Assembly: GCA_964016885.1 (NCBI GenBank) | Contig: OZ024741.1 | Coordinates: 868,001 to 932,000, forward strand | Reading direction: 5' to 3' | Source: Eledone cirrhosa | Taxonomy: Eukaryota | DNA length: 64,000 nucleotides | In this document: piece after piece, positions 61,927 through 64,000 of the stretch | Numbering within the stretch: position 1 is the first letter of the stretch | Layout of the letters: each line of letters opens with the position of its first letter | Translations under genes and position numbers: made by a program | The notes under the pieces: model-generated | What the model was told of the DNA's origin: nothing | Databases searched by the model: none | What the model saw: only the letters and a program-made list of their open reading frames with translations

Positions 61927-64000
61927 TGGTGCTATTGTGGTTGTTGGTGTTATTGTTGTTGTTGGTGTTATTGTTGTAGTTGGTGTTATTGTTGTTGTTG
62001 CTGTTATTGTTGTTGTTGGTGTTATTGTTGTTGTTGGTGTTATTGTTGTTGTTGGTTTTATTGTTGTTGTTGGTGTTGCTGTTATTGTGGTTGTTGGTGT
62101 TATTGTTGGTGTTGGTGTTATTGTTGTTGTTGGTGTTATTGTTGTTGTTGGTGTTTTTGTTGTTGTTGGTGTTGCTGTTATTGTTGTTGTTGGTGTCATT
62201 GTTGTTGTTGGTGTTATTGTTGGTGTTGGTGTTATTGTTGTTGTTGGTGTTATTGTTGGTGCTGGTGTTATTGTTGGTGTTATTGTTGTTGTTGGTGTTA
62301 TTGTTGTTGTTGGTGTTGCTGTTATTGTGGTTGTTGGTGTTATTGTTGGTGTTGGTGTTATTGTTGTTGTTGATGTTGGTGTTATTGTTGTTGTTGGTGT
62401 TATTGTTGGTGTTGGTGATATTGTTGTTGTTGGTGTTGCTGTTATTGTGGTTGTTGGTGTTATTGTTGGTGTTGGTGTTATTGTTGTTGTTGCTGTTGCT
62501 GTTATTGTGGTTGTTGGTGTTATTGTTGGTGTTGGTGTTATTGTTGTTGTTGGTGTTGCTGTTATTGTGGTTGTTGGTGTTATTGTTGTTGTTGGTGTTA
62601 TTGTTGGTGTTGATGTTATTGTTGTTGTTGGTGTTATTGTTGGTGTTGGTGTTATTGTTGTTGTTGGTGTTATTGTTGTTGTTGGTGTTATTGTTGTTGT
62701 TGGTGTTATTGTTGGTGTTGGTGTTATTGTTGTTGTTGGTGTTAATGTTGTTGTTGGTGTTATTGTTGTTGTTGGTGTTATTGTTGGTGTTGGTGTTATT
62801 GTTGTTGTTGGTGTTATTGTTGTTGTTGGTGTTATTGTTGTTGTTGGTGGTATTGTTGTTGTTGGTGTTATTGTTGGTGTTGGTGTTATTGTTGTTGTTG
62901 GTGTTATTGTTGGTGTTGATGTTATTGTTGGTGTTGATGTTATTGTTGTTGTTGGTGTTATTGTTGTTGTTGGTGTTATTGTTGTTGTTGGTGTTATTGT
63001 TGGTGTTGCTGTTATTGGTGTTGTTGGTGTTATTGTTGTTTTTGGTGTTATTGTTGGTGTTGATGTTATTGTTGTTGTTGGCGTTATTGTTGGTATTGGT
63101 GTTATTGTTGTTGTGAGTGTTATTGTTGTTGTTGGTGTTATTGTTGTTGTTGGTGTTATTGTGGTTGTTGGTGTTATTGTTGTTGTTGGTGTTATTGTTG
63201 GTGGTGAAGTTATTATTGTTGTTGGTGTTATTGTTGTTGTTGGTGTTATTGTTGGTGTTGATGTTATTGATGTTGTTGGTTTCATTGTTGGTGTTGATGT
63301 TATTGTTGTTGTTGGTGTTATTGTGGTTGTTGGTGTTATTGTTGTTGTTGGTGTTATTGTTGTTGTTGGTGTTATTGTTGGTGTTGATGTTATTGTTGTT
63401 GTTGGTGTCATTGTTGTTGTTGGTGTTATTGTTGGTGTTGGTGTTATTGTTGTTGTTGGTGTTATTGTTGGTGTTGGTGTTATTGTTGGTGTTGGTGTTA
63501 TTGTTGTTGTTGGTGTTATTGTTGTTGTTGGTGTTGCTGTTATTGTGGTTGTTGGTGTTATTGTTGGTGTTGGTGTTATTGTTGTTGTTGCTGTTGCTGT
63601 TATTGTGGTTGTTGGTGTTATTGTTGGTGTTGGTGTTATTGTTGTTGGTGGTGTTGCTGTTATTGTGGTTGTTGGTGTTATTGTTGTTGTTGGTGTTATT
63701 GTTGGTGTTGATGTTATTGTTGTTGTTGGTGTTATTGTTGGTGTTGGTGTTATTGTTGGTGTTGGTGTTATTGTTGTTGTTGATGTTATTGTTGTTGTTG
63801 GTGTTATTGTTGTTGTTGGTGTTATTGTTGGTGTTGGTGTTATTGTTGGTGTTGGTGTTATTGTTGTTGTTGGTGTTATTGTTGGTGTTGGTGTTATTGT
63901 TGTTGTTGGTGTTATTGTTGGTGTTGGTGTTATTGTTGTTGTTGGTGTTATTGTTGTTGTTGGTGTTATTGTTGTCGTTTGTGTTATTGTTGTTGTTGAT

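Larger units (their letters stand above)
1..64000. repeat. Giant 18-bp tandem repeat array (satellite/minisatellite), consensus GGTGTTATTGTTGTTGTT, running off both window ends
   Basis: GTTATT recurs every 18 bp throughout. The common variants are GAT for GGT and GGT for the 5th triplet. Minor 12-, 15- and 24-bp length variants occur. There is no non-repeat sequence and no inversion anywhere. Confidence 0.99.
22121..64000 (-). pseudogene. Disrupted continuation of the Thr-rich (ITPTTT)n frame; pseudo-exon or non-coding satellite
   Basis: ORF-track fragments 23573-25126, 34551-35999, 39731-42214, 46820-49300, 50782-54309 and 61228-63411 all read ITPTTT. They are separated by recurrent frameshifts (e.g. 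22121, 22370, 27270, 34098, 34403, 36305, 43700, 55947) and stops (26922, 34551, 37558, 39731, 46820, 54922, 55189, 58585). Confidence 0.25.

Noticed and set aside
4-63116. Numerous poly-Leu/Val 'membrane protein' ORFs
   Set aside because: These are an alternate frame of the repeat (TTG/TTA/GTG). Their starts and stops are just rare variants and recur with the duplications.
1-64000. CRISPR array
   Set aside because: There are no unique spacers, no palindromic repeat, no leader and no cas genes. Units are directly abutting.
1-64000. Telomerase-made telomere or reverse-transcriptase concatemer (e.g. DRT2-type repeat cDNA)
   Set aside because: Templated synthesis would give uniform units or independent errors, whereas here rare variants are inherited in kb-scale blocks with nested ancestry. 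The unit matches no telomere motif I recognise, and no RT or template is in view.
1-64000. Assigning a gene symbol such as MUC2 or MUC5AC
   Set aside because: The similarity is compositional only. The unit differs from the known 23-aa MUC2 and 8-aa MUC5AC repeats, and no diagnostic Cys-rich domains are visible.
1-64000. Promoters, terminators, tRNA/rRNA, transposon ends
   Set aside because: No complex sequence or inverted repeats exist. The near absence of C and scarcity of A on the + strand precludes stable hairpins, and TTATT/AATAA matches are part of the unit.

Overview
The whole 64-kb window is one uninterrupted tandem array of an 18-bp unit (+ strand consensus GGTGTTATTGTTGTTGTT; roughly 3,500 units). 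There is no unique flanking sequence, so the organism, gene ends and chromosomal context cannot be seen. The unit is a decorated (GTT)n microsatellite with two dimorphic slots, [GGT|GAT]-GTT-ATT-GTT-[GTT|GGT]-GTT, and extreme strand asymmetry (consensus 11 T, 6 G, 1 A, no C). Five of six frames are stop-free in the consensus, so nearly all ORFs in the supplied track are by-products of the repeat. The only frame resembling a natural protein is on the minus strand, ([P/S]-T-[T/P]-T-I-T)n, a mucin-type Pro/Thr/Ser domain. It is stop-free for 3,235 codons (19338->9634) but is broken elsewhere by about 10 stops and about 29 frameshifts, most of them copied by later duplications. Rare variants reveal nested higher-order repeats (36, 60, 108, 234, 1153, 1259, 1463, 1632, ~1730-1960, ~1920, 3007, 3396 and ~7090 bp), two sub-domains with different variant vocabularies (boundary near 15.5 kb), and an indel-dense patch (1357-3395) that looks like poor consensus. 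The best reading is a giant satellite/minisatellite, possibly a giant or decaying mucin-like PTS exon. No enzyme gene, RNA gene, CRISPR array or mobile element can be supported. Repeat-block boundaries are approximate and were read by eye.
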